From: Takakia lepidozioides
Taxonomy: Eukaryota > Plantae > Bryophyta
Assembly (NCBI GenBank): GCA_030704615.1
Contig: CM060734.1
Coordinates: 63,736,001-63,800,000 of the forward strand
Length of the DNA: 64,000 nt
Direction: 5' to 3'
Below the pieces are notes generated by a model. The model was not told the DNA's origin, ran no database searches, and saw only the letters and a list, made by a program, of their open reading frames with translations. Of this stretch, positions 37,823-50,118 are shown piece after piece. The first letter of the stretch is position 1; each line of letters opens with the position of its first letter. Made by a program: the position numbers and the translations under genes.

Positions 37823-40800
37823 TCACCAATAGTCCCCACAAGAACATGCACCATTCTTGAAGTGATGAAAGCGGTTGGTGTCCCTTGCAACAATTTCTCG
37901 TCCAACAATCTTGGAGATAAACTTGGTGGCACTGTGGCAATCACCGCAGACCCGAAGGTTCTTAAATATATGGATAGGTGTCCCAGGGGGTGTGCTAATT
38001 AGGCCGAAAGCAATGGCCAACTTTTCACTGTGGTGGCAAAGGGCCTGTTCCTTCTGCTGCTGCTCGACATCATGCATCACAAACCGTGTGTCTGGCACAT
38101 ATCCCACCTCCTTTATCTGCCTAGTCAATCTCTCTAACTCTGCATGGATTTCCTCTGCTTGTGGGTGTGATCTATCTTCTACAGTGAAAGTATGCACCCT
38201 GTTGTTGACCTGAATCCAGCTGCACCCTGGCTCTTTTCTGACCCCTCTGTCCTTCATTATTTTTCTTACGTTTGCTACATTATCCCACCTACCAGCCACA
38301 GCATAGATGTTTGACAGCAGCACATACACGGCAGCGTTTTGTGGTTGCAACTTGAGAGCACAGTCTGCAGCCCGTTCAGCCAGCTCCACATTGCCATAAA
38401 TTCTGCAGGCGCCAAGCAAGGCCCCCCATACAGCAGCACCTGGTTCAAATGGCATGCCGTGAATAAACTCCTCTGCCTCATCCAAATGCCCTGCACGGCC
38501 AAGAAGGTCAACCATGCAGCCATAGTGTTGTTCTGTTGGTGTGATGCCATAATCTCGACTCATGGAATGGAAGAGATGATAGCCTTCATCCACTAGGCCC
38601 ATATGGCTGCATGCAGATAGAACACCAATAAATGTGACATTGTCTGGATGCACTCCTTCCCATTGCATTTGGTCGAAGGTTTGGACAGCCTCCTTACCAT
38701 GCCCATGCTGGGCATATCCACCAATCATCACATTCCATGAGATGACATCTCGATTAATAATAGTGTCAAACACTTGCCGTGCATCTCCAACACTTCCACA
38801 CTTGGAATACATATCAACAAGTACATTTCCCACCCGAACATCTGACTCCAATCCAGATCGCAGGAAGTAGGCATGCACTCGCTTGCCCTCCTCCAGGGCA
38901 GCTAGGCTGGTACATGCAGTGAGGATGCTTATGAAAGTGACCTTGTCTCCCTCCACGCCTTCTCTTTGCATTTGCCAAAAGACTTCCAATGCCTCTGCAC
39001 AATGACCATGCTGAGTTAATCCTGCAATCATCGCAGTCCAGGAGACCACATTCTGTTCAGGCATTTTAAAGAACACTCTTTGTGCATCCATCATACTCCC
39101 ACACTTGCAATACATACTGACAAGCGAATTCCCAACTTGAATATCTGACTCAAATCCTGATTTAACAATTGCTGCATGGAGCCGCTTGCCCTGTTCCAGA
39201 GCTGCTGGGCTGCTACATGTATGGAGGATGCTAATGAATGTGACTTTGTCTGGCTTGGCGTCTTCTTCTCGTTGCATTTGGCCAAACACTTCCAAGGCCT
39301 CTGCACTATACCCTTGCTGTGCTGATCCTGATATCATTGCATTCCATGAGATTACATCTCTCGTGGGCATTTTGTTAAACACACAGCGTCCATCCACTAC
39401 ACTCCCACACTTGCAATACATATTAACAAGTGAAGTCGCCACCCGAATATCTGAGTCAAAACCAGCTTCGATGATGCCTGTATGGAGCCGTTTACCCCGT
39501 TCCAGAGCTATAGGGCTGGCGCATGCATTGAGAACGCTAACAAAAGTGACTTTGTCTGCCATCACGCCTTCTCTTTGCATTTGCCAAAAGAGACCAAAAG
39601 AATCCTCAACATGACCATGCTCAGCACATGCTGCAATCATTACATTCCATGAGATCACGTTTCGCTTGGGCATTCTGTTAAACACTCGAAGCGCATCCAT
39701 CACACTCTCACACTTACAATACATGCTCACAAGCGAATTCCCCACTTGCATATCTGAATTGAATCCGGATTTAATGACACCTGCATGGAGCTGCTTGCCC
39801 ACTTCAAGAGCTGCTGGGCTGGTGCATGTATTGAGGATGCTAATGAACGTGACCTTATCAGGTTTGACGCCTTCTGCTATCATTTTCTTAAAGACTTCCA
39901 GCGCCTCTACAACATGCCCTTGCTGGGCTAAGCCCGTGATCATCGCATTCCATGAAACAACATTTCGTTTAGGCATTTTGTCGAACACCCTGCGCGCATC
40001 CGCCACACTCCCGCACTTGCAATACATGCTGACAAGTGCAGTCCCCACTCGGACGCTTGACACAAATCCGGCTTTGATGATATCCAGATGAAGCCCTCTC
40101 CCCTGCTCCAGAGCTGCTGTGTTGGCACATGCATTGAGTATACTAATGAAAGTGACCTTGTCTGCCATCATGCCTTCTCTTTGCATTTGCCAAAAGAGAT
40201 CGAATGCCTGCTCAGCATGACCATACTGAGCAGATCCTGCAATCATCGCATTCCATGAGATCACATCTCGCTGACGCATTTTGCTAAACACATGGCTCGC
40301 ATCCCCCATACTCCCGCACTTGCAATACATGCTGAGGAGGGCAGTCCCCACTCGGACATCTGACTCAAATCCAGCTTTGATGATGTGGGCATGGACCTGC
40401 TTGCCCTCTTCCAGAACTCCCGGACCCACAAGGGCCTTGAGAATGCTCAAGAAGGTTATCTCGTTTGGCATCACGCCTTCCTTTTGCATCTGTTGAAACA
40501 GCTCAAATAAGACTTCACCACGCCCTTGCCGTGCTAGTCCGGCAATCATCGCAGTCCATGAGATCACGTCCCCACTAGTCACACAAGTGCCCTTGTGTCC
40601 TTCCAACCTATCGCGTCCTCGTCTTTCCACTCCGTTAGAAGCAGCGGTGGTAGTGGACATGCCAAGCCTCTGATCCCCGACAAACAACCGGGTCTGCTTC
40701 CAGACTTCCAGAACTGCAGCTAGGAAGTGCTTCAAACATACTTTCTCGAGAAGCGAGTGTTCTCTTCTATGAGGACGTAAAATGCGGGTCATCTTGTTCT

Positions 40801-40888
40801 CAAGGAACTCGCTAAAACTATGAAGACCTTCTTCGGGCCTCGCTATCCCGAGTTTGCCCAGGACCTCTAGAGTGATAGGGACAGCCAT
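37823..40888 (-). CDS. Intronless PLS-class PPR protein with E1-E2-DYW cytidine deaminase domain (organellar C-to-U RNA editing factor)
   Basis: Open frame with 6 P-L-S triplets plus P2-L2-S2, PG box PGCSWI, intact HHSEKLA...CGDCH zinc site and terminal DYW; the start Met at 40888 is inferred. Confidence 0.93.
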   Translation of the reverse strand: MAVPITLEVLGKLGIARPEEGLHSFSEFLENKMTRILRPHRREHSLLEKVCLKHFLAAVLEVWKQTRLFVGDQRLGMSTTTAASNGVERRGRDRLEGHKGTCVTSGDVISWTAMIAGLARQGRGEVLFELFQQMQKEGVMPNEITFLSILKALVGPGVLEEGKQVHAHIIKAGFESDVRVGTALLSMYCKCGSMGDASHVFSKMRQRDVISWNAMIAGSAQYGHAEQAFDLFWQMQREGMMADKVTFISILNACANTAALEQGRGLHLDIIKAGFVSSVRVGTALVSMYCKCGSVADARRVFDKMPKRNVVSWNAMITGLAQQGHVVEALEVFKKMIAEGVKPDKVTFISILNTCTSPAALEVGKQLHAGVIKSGFNSDMQVGNSLVSMYCKCESVMDALRVFNRMPKRNVISWNVMIAACAEHGHVEDSFGLFWQMQREGVMADKVTFVSVLNACASPIALERGKRLHTGIIEAGFDSDIRVATSLVNMYCKCGSVVDGRCVFNKMPTRDVISWNAMISGSAQQGYSAEALEVFGQMQREEDAKPDKVTFISILHTCSSPAALEQGKRLHAAIVKSGFESDIQVGNSLVSMYCKCGSMMDAQRVFFKMPEQNVVSWTAMIAGLTQHGHCAEALEVFWQMQREGVEGDKVTFISILTACTSLAALEEGKRVHAYFLRSGLESDVRVGNVLVDMYSKCGSVGDARQVFDTIINRDVISWNVMIGGYAQHGHGKEAVQTFDQMQWEGVHPDNVTFIGVLSACSHMGLVDEGYHLFHSMSRDYGITPTEQHYGCMVDLLGRAGHLDEAEEFIHGMPFEPGAAVWGALLGACRIYGNVELAERAADCALKLQPQNAAVYVLLSNIYAVAGRWDNVANVRKIMKDRGVRKEPGCSWIQVNNRVHTFTVEDRSHPQAEEIHAELERLTRQIKEVGYVPDTRFVMHDVEQQQKEQALCHHSEKLAIAFGLISTPPGTPIHIFKNLRVCGDCHSATKFISKIVGREIVARDTNRFHHFKNGACSCGDYW

Positions 40889-41244
40889 CACACTAGTTAT
40901 GTTTGGTCCAACAAGTTTAGTGATGAATATTTTTGCCAAGAACCAAATGTTGAGACAAGTAGAAAATACATGATACAGATGGACGAGCAATATAAGTGCT
41001 CCGCGATTTCCGCTTAGGGTCTTGGGACTTTAATTAGGGTTACTTTCCATGTAAACCCATTCACGTTACATGACGTCGTCCAGAAATGGGTTTGACCACA
41101 TCCATTTTCGTGCACCACCGTGGAACTAAACCCGTCCGGTGGATTCTATCTGCACTTTTGCACGTGTGTGACAAAAAAAAAGTGTCACGGAAATGTATCG
41201 AGGAATGTGACCTATTTAGCAAGTCATGGGAGGAAAAATACCGG

Positions 41245-42720
41245 TGTCAAGGACAAGAACACGACTGAACACAAACAAGAGATCAGACTAGAGGTACAAG
41301 ACTAGACAAAAAATCAAGGTTGGCGTCGCCGAATGCATGGTGGATAAACATGAATCAAGATGATCTTTATAACAATGGACAAGAATACAAGATACTGGAA
41401 CTTGACTCGAATACTGAAATGTTGGAAACTGGACTGGGGTACCAGATATTGGAAACTGGACTGGAATACTGGGATTGGGAACAAGAGTAGCTTGAACCTG
41501 TGTTGGCGAGACTGAAGAGTGTCCAGTCTTGCCTCCTATATATATTGGCTACTATGAGGTTCCCTAGAAGGCTTCTCCAAAGGAGGTTTCTTGATGGAGA
41601 AGTTTCCTCAAACAAAAGAGGTATCTTGATGGAAAAGTTTCTTTAAACAAAGGAGATATTTTGACGGAGAAGTTTCCTCAAAATGAAGCTTCCTTAGCAA
41701 TTTCCCAAGTTACTCTCGGTAATTTGGTAAATTCTCGATAACTTGATAACTAATGGTAACTTATGATAAATCATAGTAGATCATGGTAGATCACGGTAAT
41801 TTTTGATAACATGGTAATTTGATAACTTCTGGTATTTACTCTTGGTAAGTTCCTTTGGGTTATGTCCGTGACATCACCCTCCTCTAGTGCCGAGTTCTTC
41901 GAGAAGCGGTAAAATCTTAGACTTTTTAGAGTTGGAGAACCTCTCTCCTTAGTGTGTATCAGATACACTGAATGTGGAGTCTTCACCTTGAAGCTAACTT
42001 GGCTGACATCATCGTTATGACGTCTTATTGACGTGTAGCTCGGGGTTTAGCTGGATATCGTTGATGAAACTCTTGGATTTTGTCAGTTCATTGGCAAGGT
42101 TGGATGAAGGTTCTCACATTCGTTCGTTGATGTCGTAACATTTCCAATGTACGAAATACTCAAGATATTTATACTTGATGCGAGAGTCTATGACTTCGTC
42201 GACTCCATACTCGATATTCTGATTGACTTCAATTGGTGGAGGTGGTACGGAAGCTCTTCTTGGAATATTCGATGGATGATACAACTCCAATAATGAAACA
42301 TGAAAGACTGGATGGATGCGCATACTTCGTGGGAGTTCAAGCCGAAAACTGACTGGATTTATTTGTCGAATAATTTTGAATGGACCCAGGTGTTGATAAT
42401 CCAACTTCATTGATGGTCGCGAGGTTTGTATGTTCCGTCGAAGAAGCCACACACGATCTCCGATCTTGAACTGGGGTTAGAGTTGGCGATGTTGATCTGC
42501 ATACTCCTTGTATTGTTTTTGAGCTGGAAGGTGGAATGTAAACTCTTTGTGAATCGTAGCAAATTGAGTAATAAGGTTTTCTGCAGCAGGACTTCCAACA
42601 GCCTTCATATGGAAAGGGTTTGCTCGAGGATGATAACCATAATTGGAGAAAAATGAAGTTTGTTTGGTCGAAGAATGTATAGTGATGTTCTAGGCAAACT
42701 CAGAAGATCCGTCCAATTAT
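41245..42720 (-). mobile_element. Tcn1-like chromovirus 3' end: integrase/GPF-chromodomain remnant, PPT, 3' LTR (41245-41873)
   Basis: LGPFKII...[11 protein letters not shown]...EYGVDEVIDSR...YFVHWK; PPT agaggagggtga next to TGTCAC...TTGACA; the LTR is homologous to the one at 26137. Confidence 0.88.
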
Positions 42721-42807
42721 CCCACTTCCCAAACGGATGAATAACATGGATGAGAAACAACATTCATGAGGACTTAAAACGGCTCATGTATCAATGTAAG
42801 TTGGTCA

Positions 42808-45800
42808 TGTCGCGGCCCTTTGCCTTGAGGGCAGGGAGGTCGGGACATGAGTGGGGCTGCCCCTGTGGTGGGGGCAGTAGCAGCGATAGGTACGGGGGCT
42901 GAAGCACCCTTGAGTGCCCAAAGCACTCAAGGAGGCGGAGGCGCTCACTAGGTGGAGCCCCGCACACCGGGTTGCGATGGGGGTGGCTCCACAAGGGGTG
43001 GTGGTAGCTTAGTGGGACTTAGTGGGGGTGGCATAGGACTCACCATGGGGGTGGAGACCTCGTGGTGGGAGTCGTGGGGAGTCTTAGGACTCATCACGGT
43101 CCATAAGGACCGTGGTGACGCCAAGACTCACCGCGACTCACCACCGGGAATCGAGGGCCTTCGTGGTGGTTCGCCATAAAATGGCATGGCTGGTTGTGAA
43201 ACCCCCGCGGACAGCTACAGAAGTATATATAGGGAGTAGTAACCCCGAGAACGGTGCAAGCCCGTTGGTGACTAAAACTAGTGAGTAAGCGAGCGAGCCG
43301 GAAAGCGACCAAAGAGTGGGGAGCTGTTCCGGACTGCCATCTACCAAAGGGAATTCTCCTAGTCCCAATTAGGTGGAGGGTTTTAGAGGGAAGCAAAGGG
43401 GGGACCGTTATGTCCCGGTGAGCAGCCGAAGCTCCAAGTTGGCCCGGCGGCCAGGTTGGGAGTCAGGCGCGCGCATCAAAGCGAGTAACTATGACTTGAA
43501 GGGGAGTTTACCGAAGTGAGGTGTGCGACAGGTCATGTACCAAATGTCGCACACCTCACTTCGGTAAACTCCCCTTCAAGTCATAGTTACTCGACTTGCG
43601 CTCCGACTATCACCAAATTCGGGTGGCGGAAGGAGATGAGGAGAAGACCGCGTGCAGGACAAGGTATGGTTCATATGAGTTCTTGGTGATGCCTTTTGGG
43701 CTCACCAATGCACCAGCGACATTTAGCACGCTGATGAACAGCCTTTTCCATGAGTGGTTGGATGACTTTGTGATCGTGTACATCGACGACATCTTGGTGT
43801 ACTCGAAAACAAAGGAGGAGCACCTGCAGCACCTCAAAAGGGTGTTCCAAAAATTGCGGGAATGGAAGCTGTATGCCAAAGCTTCAAAGTGCGAATTCGG
43901 GGTCACGAAAGTGGAGTTCTTGGGGCATGTGATTACACAGGATGGGATCCAAATGGATGACAGAAAGGTGAGGGCGATCTTGGACTGGGAGCCTCCGACT
44001 TCGGTCCCGGGAGTGCGATCCTTCCTAGGACTCGCCTCCTATTACCGGAAGTATGTGAGAAATTTCGCCAAGATCGCGGGGCCGCTGTCGGACCTTCTAT
44101 GTAAATCCAAAGTCTGGGTATGGAACACATTTTGTGGCCAAGCTTTTGCTGAATTGAAGCAGCGGATGACGGAAGCTTCAGTCTTGAAAATCCCGGAGTT
44201 CGATCGTCCGTTTGAGATTCATACAGATGCATCGGACTTCGCGATTGGGGGTGTACTTATGCAAGATGGACGTCCAGTGGCTTACGAAAGTAAGAAACTG
44301 AATGAAGTGGAGCGACGGTGGCCGACGCACGAAAAAGAGATGAAGGTGGTGGTGCATTGCCTTGAGCTCTGGCGCCACTATGTTGGTTCCAACCCAGTGA
44401 AGGTGTTCACGGACAATGTCACGGTGAAGTATTTTGCCACGCAGCCCAAGTTGTCCCCAAAACAACTTAGGTGGCAAGATACTTTGGCAGTGTTCGACGT
44501 GGATATCCAGTACAAACCGGGACGGGACAATGTGGTGGCCGATGCTTTAAGTAGAAAGCAGCAGCTCTTGTTGGTGTACAAGGGCGAGACGGCGCTCCAA
44601 AGGAAGATCCGGAAGGCTTGCCGGAAGGATGAGCTGGCGAAGTCCGTGATGCAGGACTTGAGGATGGGGGTTAAATCGCAGTTCCACTTGCAAAATGGAC
44701 TGCTCCGGTATAAGCAAAAGCGTCTCTACGTGCCGAAGGGAGGGATCAGGGATAGTCTCTTGAGAGAATGCCATGATAGCCCGCTTGCGGGCCACGGCGG
44801 AGCCAAGCGCACTGCGGCACTCTTGAAGAAAGAGTATTTTTGGCCCAAACTGAGGGAGGAGGCAGAGGAGTATGTCAAGACATGCACCACATGCCAACAA
44901 AACCGGAGCGAGTACAAAAAGCAAGCGGGGCTGTTACAACCCTTGCCGATTCCAGAGGGGACTTGGGAAAGCGTCTCGATGGATTTCATGACTGCTATGC
45001 CGCTGTCAAAAGGATTCGATGCAATCATGGTGGTGGTAGATAGGTTCAGTAAAATGGGACATTTCATCCCCACCAAGGAGACGGCAACGGCGCAGGAGAC
45101 AGGGCGACTTTACTTCGCCCACGTCTTAAAGCATCATGGAGTTCCGAAGGATATTGTCTCGGACCGCGATCCAAAGTTTACGAGTAAATTCTGGAGAGCA
45201 CTTTGGAAGAAGATGGGGACGAGGCTGAAGATGAGCACCGCCTTCCGACCTACGACGGACGGCCAAACGGAAAGAGTGAATTCCGTAGTGAAGCAATTCT
45301 TGCGGAATTACGTGTCGGCAGACCAATCAGACTGGATGGAACACTTAGACGCGGCAGAGTTCTGTTATAATAACACAGAACACTCCGCAACGGGAGTTTC
45401 CCCTTTCGTGTTGGTCTATGGAAAAGCACCTCTGGTGCCGACAAGTTGGGCCGCCCAGGATGTTGAGGAACCGGCAGTAGCGGCGGTACTGGAAGAACGC
45501 GAGCGTTTGTTGAAGCTCGCAAAGTACAATATTGCCAAAGCTAGGAAACGGTATAAAAGGCAGGCGAATCGGAAGCGGAGGGAAGTGAAGTTTGAGGCAG
45601 ACACAGAGGTCTGGTTGAACATCAAGAATTTCCGACTACCTCCGGAAGTGAGTCCGAAGTTCGTACCTCCGTATGCGGGACCCTTTCGCATTTGGAAGGT
45701 TATGAATAAGGATGTGTATGTGCACCCAGTATTCCATGTCTCCCTTTTGAAGCCTTACTTCAAAGATGAAGCGCGTCCGAATCGGCATCAAGTGTTGCGT

Positions 45801-47648
45801 CCGCCACCTATGCTGTTGGATCATGAAAATGAACCTGAGTACGAGGTGGAGGCAATACTTAAGTCGAGGAGGTTCAGGAACCGAGAACCGGAGTATCTCG
45901 TCAAATGGAAGGGCTATCATCATGTGGAGGCATCTTGGGTGCGTGCCTCAGAAATGGGAAACGCATCCGAGGCGGTTGCAGCTTTCGAAGGGCGACCTCA
46001 AAAGCGGAAGAAGCGTTGATGGGGACATCAACCTTGGAGCGTGGGGGAGGAAATGCATGCTTAGCCCGGTTTAGCTAGCTCAGGAATCCGATTGCAAAAA
46101 CTTGTATTGTACAAAAATTTGTTATAAAGGAAATGGGTTCCAAATATTGTGCGTCCTATTGTGTTTGGAATGGTGATGTATGGTGTGGTTGGCTAGTGTG
46201 TTGAATGCATGCTAGCTTACAAAAGTGGGAGAGGTAAATTGGGTTAATCGTGTGTTTGCGCAGTGCCGAAATCGGGTGACTCCCATCCAAGGGGCAAGGA
46301 AACTTGCGTCTTCTTTGGGAGTTCACGTGCTAGTGCGCACCTGCGCGTGCGCGTACTATAACTGCGCTACCGAGGGGGTTGCCTTGTAGTGCGGGCTAAC
46401 GCGGAAGCTACGTGCTTCCGTTCACGTACTATAATCGTGTAGCCTCGGGACGAAGTCGTAGTGCGGCTTCGGCGTGTTCCCGTACCTCAGGCCAGCATTC
46501 CAAGGCGGACCCAATTGTAGTGATTGGGGCGCACGGTTGGTTCAAGGTTATCTTCCTAGTCAAAGAGGGTTCCAGATGAACCCTTGCTCAAGGTGATGCC
46601 AAAAGCGGCATCAGGAGCGATCGCAAGCAATGTTGTTGCAGTAAGGCGATTCGATCCTCGGGGAGGATCGTTCCTTGGCCTTGAAGTAGGCCAAGAAGAG
46701 TGCACTGGGAGGAGCTGGAGAGGCTCCACCCTTGGCCGAGACTTGGAGGAAGTCGGCCGAACTAGCTAGTGGAGAGTAGAGTCAAGTGTGGGGTTTGGTT
46801 CTTTGCCATGGGACGCCATGGTACGGAAACAAACTCCTTGATGTGGGACGCCACAACTTGGATGTTCGTTTCTACAAAATGGACAAGTCGATGAGGACAT
46901 CGACTCCCTGTTGGTAGGGGTGTGTGTCGCGGCCCTTTGCCTTGAGGGCAGGGAGGTCGGGACATGAGTGGGGCTGCCCCTGTGGTGGGGGCAGTAGCAG
47001 CGATAGGTACGGGGGCTGAAGCACCCTTGAGTGCCCAAGGCACTCAAGGAGGCGGAGGCGCTCACTAGGTGGAGCCCCGCACACCGGGTTGCGATGGGGG
47101 TGGCTCCACAAGGGGTGGTGGTAGCTTAGTGGGACTTAGTGGGGGTGGCATAGGACTCACCATGGGGGTGGAGACCTCGTGGTGGGAGTCGTGGGGAGTC
47201 TTGGGACTCATCACGGTCCATAAGGGCCGTGGTGACGCCAAGACTCACCGCGACTCACCACCGGGAATCGAGGGTCTTCGTGGTGGTTCGCCATAAAATG
47301 GCATGGCTGGTTTTGAAACCCCCGCGGACAGCTACAGAAGTATATATAGGGAGTAGTAACCCCGAGAACGGTGCAAGCCCGTTGGTGACTAAAAACTAGT
47401 GAGTAAGCGAGCGAGCCGGAAAGCGACCAAAGAGTGGGGAGCTGTTCCGGACTGCCATCTACCAAAGGGAATTCTCCTAGTCCCAATTAGGTGGAGGGTT
47501 TTAGAGGGAAGCAAAGGGGGGACCGTTATGTCCCGGTGAGCAGCCGAAGCTCCAAGTTGGCCCGGCGGCCAGGTTGGGAGTCAGGCGCGCGCATCAAAGC
47601 GAGTAACTATGACTTGAAGGGGAGTTTACCGAAGTGAGGTGTGCGACA
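42808..47648 (+). mobile_element. Young rearranged Ty3/gypsy chromovirus (Galadriel-like): LTR 42808-43530, 5'-truncated pol, PPT, LTR 46925-47648, TSD GGTCA
   Basis: The LTRs differ by about 5 substitutions and 1 indel in about 723 bp; TG...CA ends; ggtca at 42803, 43531 and 47649; gag, protease and PBS are absent. Confidence 0.92.
43596..46019 (+). CDS. pol: Gypsy Pol (partial RT, RNase H, integrase, chromodomain), open but lacking its N-terminus
   Basis: [23 protein letters not shown] zinc finger, DD35E core (SMDF, SDRD, GQTER), EYEVEAIL...YLVKWKGY chromodomain. Confidence 0.93.
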   Translation: MRSDYHQIRVAEGDEEKTACRTRYGSYEFLVMPFGLTNAPATFSTLMNSLFHEWLDDFVIVYIDDILVYSKTKEEHLQHLKRVFQKLREWKLYAKASKCEFGVTKVEFLGHVITQDGIQMDDRKVRAILDWEPPTSVPGVRSFLGLASYYRKYVRNFAKIAGPLSDLLCKSKVWVWNTFCGQAFAELKQRMTEASVLKIPEFDRPFEIHTDASDFAIGGVLMQDGRPVAYESKKLNEVERRWPTHEKEMKVVVHCLELWRHYVGSNPVKVFTDNVTVKYFATQPKLSPKQLRWQDTLAVFDVDIQYKPGRDNVVADALSRKQQLLLVYKGETALQRKIRKACRKDELAKSVMQDLRMGVKSQFHLQNGLLRYKQKRLYVPKGGIRDSLLRECHDSPLAGHGGAKRTAALLKKEYFWPKLREEAEEYVKTCTTCQQNRSEYKKQAGLLQPLPIPEGTWESVSMDFMTAMPLSKGFDAIMVVVDRFSKMGHFIPTKETATAQETGRLYFAHVLKHHGVPKDIVSDRDPKFTSKFWRALWKKMGTRLKMSTAFRPTTDGQTERVNSVVKQFLRNYVSADQSDWMEHLDAAEFCYNNTEHSATGVSPFVLVYGKAPLVPTSWAAQDVEEPAVAAVLEERERLLKLAKYNIAKARKRYKRQANRKRREVKFEADTEVWLNIKNFRLPPEVSPKFVPPYAGPFRIWKVMNKDVYVHPVFHVSLLKPYFKDEARPNRHQVLRPPPMLLDHENEPEYEVEAILKSRRFRNREPEYLVKWKGYHHVEASWVRASEMGNASEAVAAFEGRPQKRKKR

Positions 47649-48859
47649 GGTCATGTACCAACTTAAGTTGATCATGTCCTAGGATGGAAGATGAATGAAA
47701 ATTATGGAAGCATGAAAGTTACAGACGGATGAAATCAACGGATGGATGAGAGATTACCGGTTGGATGACAAAAAAATAAAATGGATGACAATGACAACAG
47801 ATAGATGATAAACACGAGGCTTGATCTAGTCCATCCAAATGGAGGGGACAGATCTAACGGATTAAAATAAAAAGATTATATATTATATTAATGAACACTC
47901 TAGGAAAAATTAATTAAAAACTTTAACTAGGTGTCGGTGCTTAAATGCACCAGTGGTGATTTATTATTATTTTGAGAAAAAAGATGGATGATAACCGTCA
48001 AAACAAGTGACGGATGGAGGGCGATGGGCTGCTATAAATCAGCCGGTGAGAGGGTAGAACATGGACAATCTAGTTTTTATTTCTCTCGCTCCATCTCTCC
48101 CTCTTCGCTCTCTTTCTTTCTTCGTTTTAGTGTATGCTAGATGTTGTAGTGAAGAATAAAGGTGTATAGCGAACTAATTTGGATCAAATATTACAGCCGC
48201 AAGTCTTTGGGATCAAGGTGCCGTATTAGTTGAAGTGAGTAGTGTGGTACACCGAGACGTGCGTGATTGAATTAGAGAAGCCTCTTATTGTCTAGACTCC
48301 CTTTGAGTTATTTGTGTACATACCCTCTCTACAATCTGATCGGTCATCCGTACTATAGCAACTCATATCAGTTCCGTGAGCGGAATTCATCAAACCTGCA
48401 CCACCAGCGACATCAGTTCGGGACTAGTGCTCGGGTGAGCACTGTGTGGGGAAGTCTACCTCAAGTAGTTGATTATTTTGTATAAGACTACCCTCTATAC
48501 CTACCTGGAGTTCTATAGAGACAAACTTGAGTCTGAACTTCAGATATCCTAGACCATCCTAGATTTACACCGAGTTAGAGGAAACGACCTTGGAAATCTA
48601 GCACTCCGAAGCTACAGCCACGTCGATTAGGAAGCAGCAGGGGAAGCACCCCAAAGATAATTTCAAACAAAAACTTTGATTTGGTTAATGATGAGTGAGC
48701 CGGGAGACCAGGCCGAAGCAATGAACCAGGTAGATGTGTGTAAAACCTGATTAATGGTTAAGGCTTTCCTAGTAATATCTAGACAGATGGACAGTGCTCC
48801 AAAAAGCAAGTTTCCTTAACAGGGGCAGTACAACGTTGTTGATCCGTGACATCATGACC

Positions 48860-49870
48860 GATAGGCTGTCCCAACATGACATGAGCCTGACCATCTTTGA
48901 GCCATATGAGCCCTAACTCATTCCCCCAGGGATCTCAGTGGGAAGCTTTGTCAGGATGCTTTAGACGAGAAAAGATACCAGCAAATTTCCCCCAATTGAT
49001 TGATAGACCAGAGGCCTCGCAGAAGGAGGAGAGTACACCCAAAGCATTGGTGACATGATTAAGAGTCGAGCTATTGACAATCAAGAGAACAGTATTGTCA
49101 GCATAGAGAGAAGCTTTGATGGAGAAAGAGGATGGCATGGATCTAGAGATAGCAAGCCCCCTTACATTACCGACGGAATCTAGCAAATGACCAAGACCAT
49201 CGGCGGCGATAATAAACATAAAAGGGGCTAGGGGGCGCCCTTGTCTGACAGAGCAGTGTAGCAGGAAAGAAGAACACATGGCTCCATTTACAGTGACCCT
49301 GCTTGTTGCTGAAAGAAGAAGGATTTTGACCAAAGCCAGAAACGTTCCATTGAGACCAACTCTTACCAGAGCACCAAATAGGAAGGCCCAATCGACATTA
49401 TCGAACGCTAAGTCAAGCAATATTAACATTGCCAGAGGCTAGCGATGAAGGCTTGATGTAGAGCCTCATTAGCTAGAAGAACATTGTCCAAAATCTAGCG
49501 GTTTTGTAAGGTTCTAGACTGTTCAGGGCGAACAATCTTAATATGAAGAAGGGGCTGAAGCCTACTAGCTAGAGCCTTAGAAATAATCTTATACACAGAG
49601 GAAAGCAAGGTTATGGGCTTGTAGTCAGTAATAAGGTTCCTGTCTCCCTTCTAGTACATGAGAATAATTAGACTTGTAGCTTGGAGGAATTCCATAGAAG
49701 AAAAGGGTGCATAGAGAAGACTTTGCTCCGCAGGAGAGAGAACAAAAAGGATTGCCGAAGTGAGACCTTTATCCCTCCCATGAAACGGAGAATGAGCATG
49801 CTAGTTTCAACAAGCTTTTGTATCAGTCGATAACAAGGTGTAGTAGCAGTTTCAGTGCAAATTCCCAACC
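48860..49870 (-). mobile_element. Degenerate L1/Tx1-like LINE RT fragment
   Basis: LLDLAFDNVDW...SVRQGRPLAPFMF...SLYADN...FCEASGLSINWGK; upstream frameshifted YKPITLLSSVYKIISKAL. Confidence 0.8.
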
Positions 49871-50118
49871 CTCAAAGTTAGCCGGAGTGGAATTGAAGTT
49901 TTCCTACGTTAAAATCGCCCAGACTGATTTAGATATGGTCTACATGCTAAGGGGGGTGCTATTCCGTGAGCCCGGAGGCGTGAGCCCATGAGCCCAGCAC
50001 AGGCTCACGCCACGTCAGCATGCATACAAGGCCTATTTCCGCGGGTGTCACCTACATACAGAGACAGACATGGTTGAAATAGGCTCAAGAAAATGTAAGT
50101 CAATCCACAGCCAGAGAC

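Larger units (their letters stand above)
42721..48851 (+). mobile_element. Probable host LTR (42721-42807 plus 47654-48851) interrupted by the gypsy insertion
   Basis: GGATGA-rich U3-like region, ctataaat at about 48032, pyrimidine-rich R/U5-like tract, ends ...ccgtgACA; continuous across the GGTCA TSD. Confidence 0.5.

Noticed and set aside
37823-38230. U-to-C (DYW:KP-type) editing domain
   Set aside because: The domain has a canonical PGCSW box, HSE catalytic motif and DYW end, i.e. the ordinary C-to-U type.
23283-42720. One intact LTR element spanning the 26-kb and 41-kb LTRs and capturing the PPR genes
   Set aside because: For a minus-strand element the order is reversed (the internal domains face outward) and the two LTRs are clearly diverged; they are two separate truncated copies.
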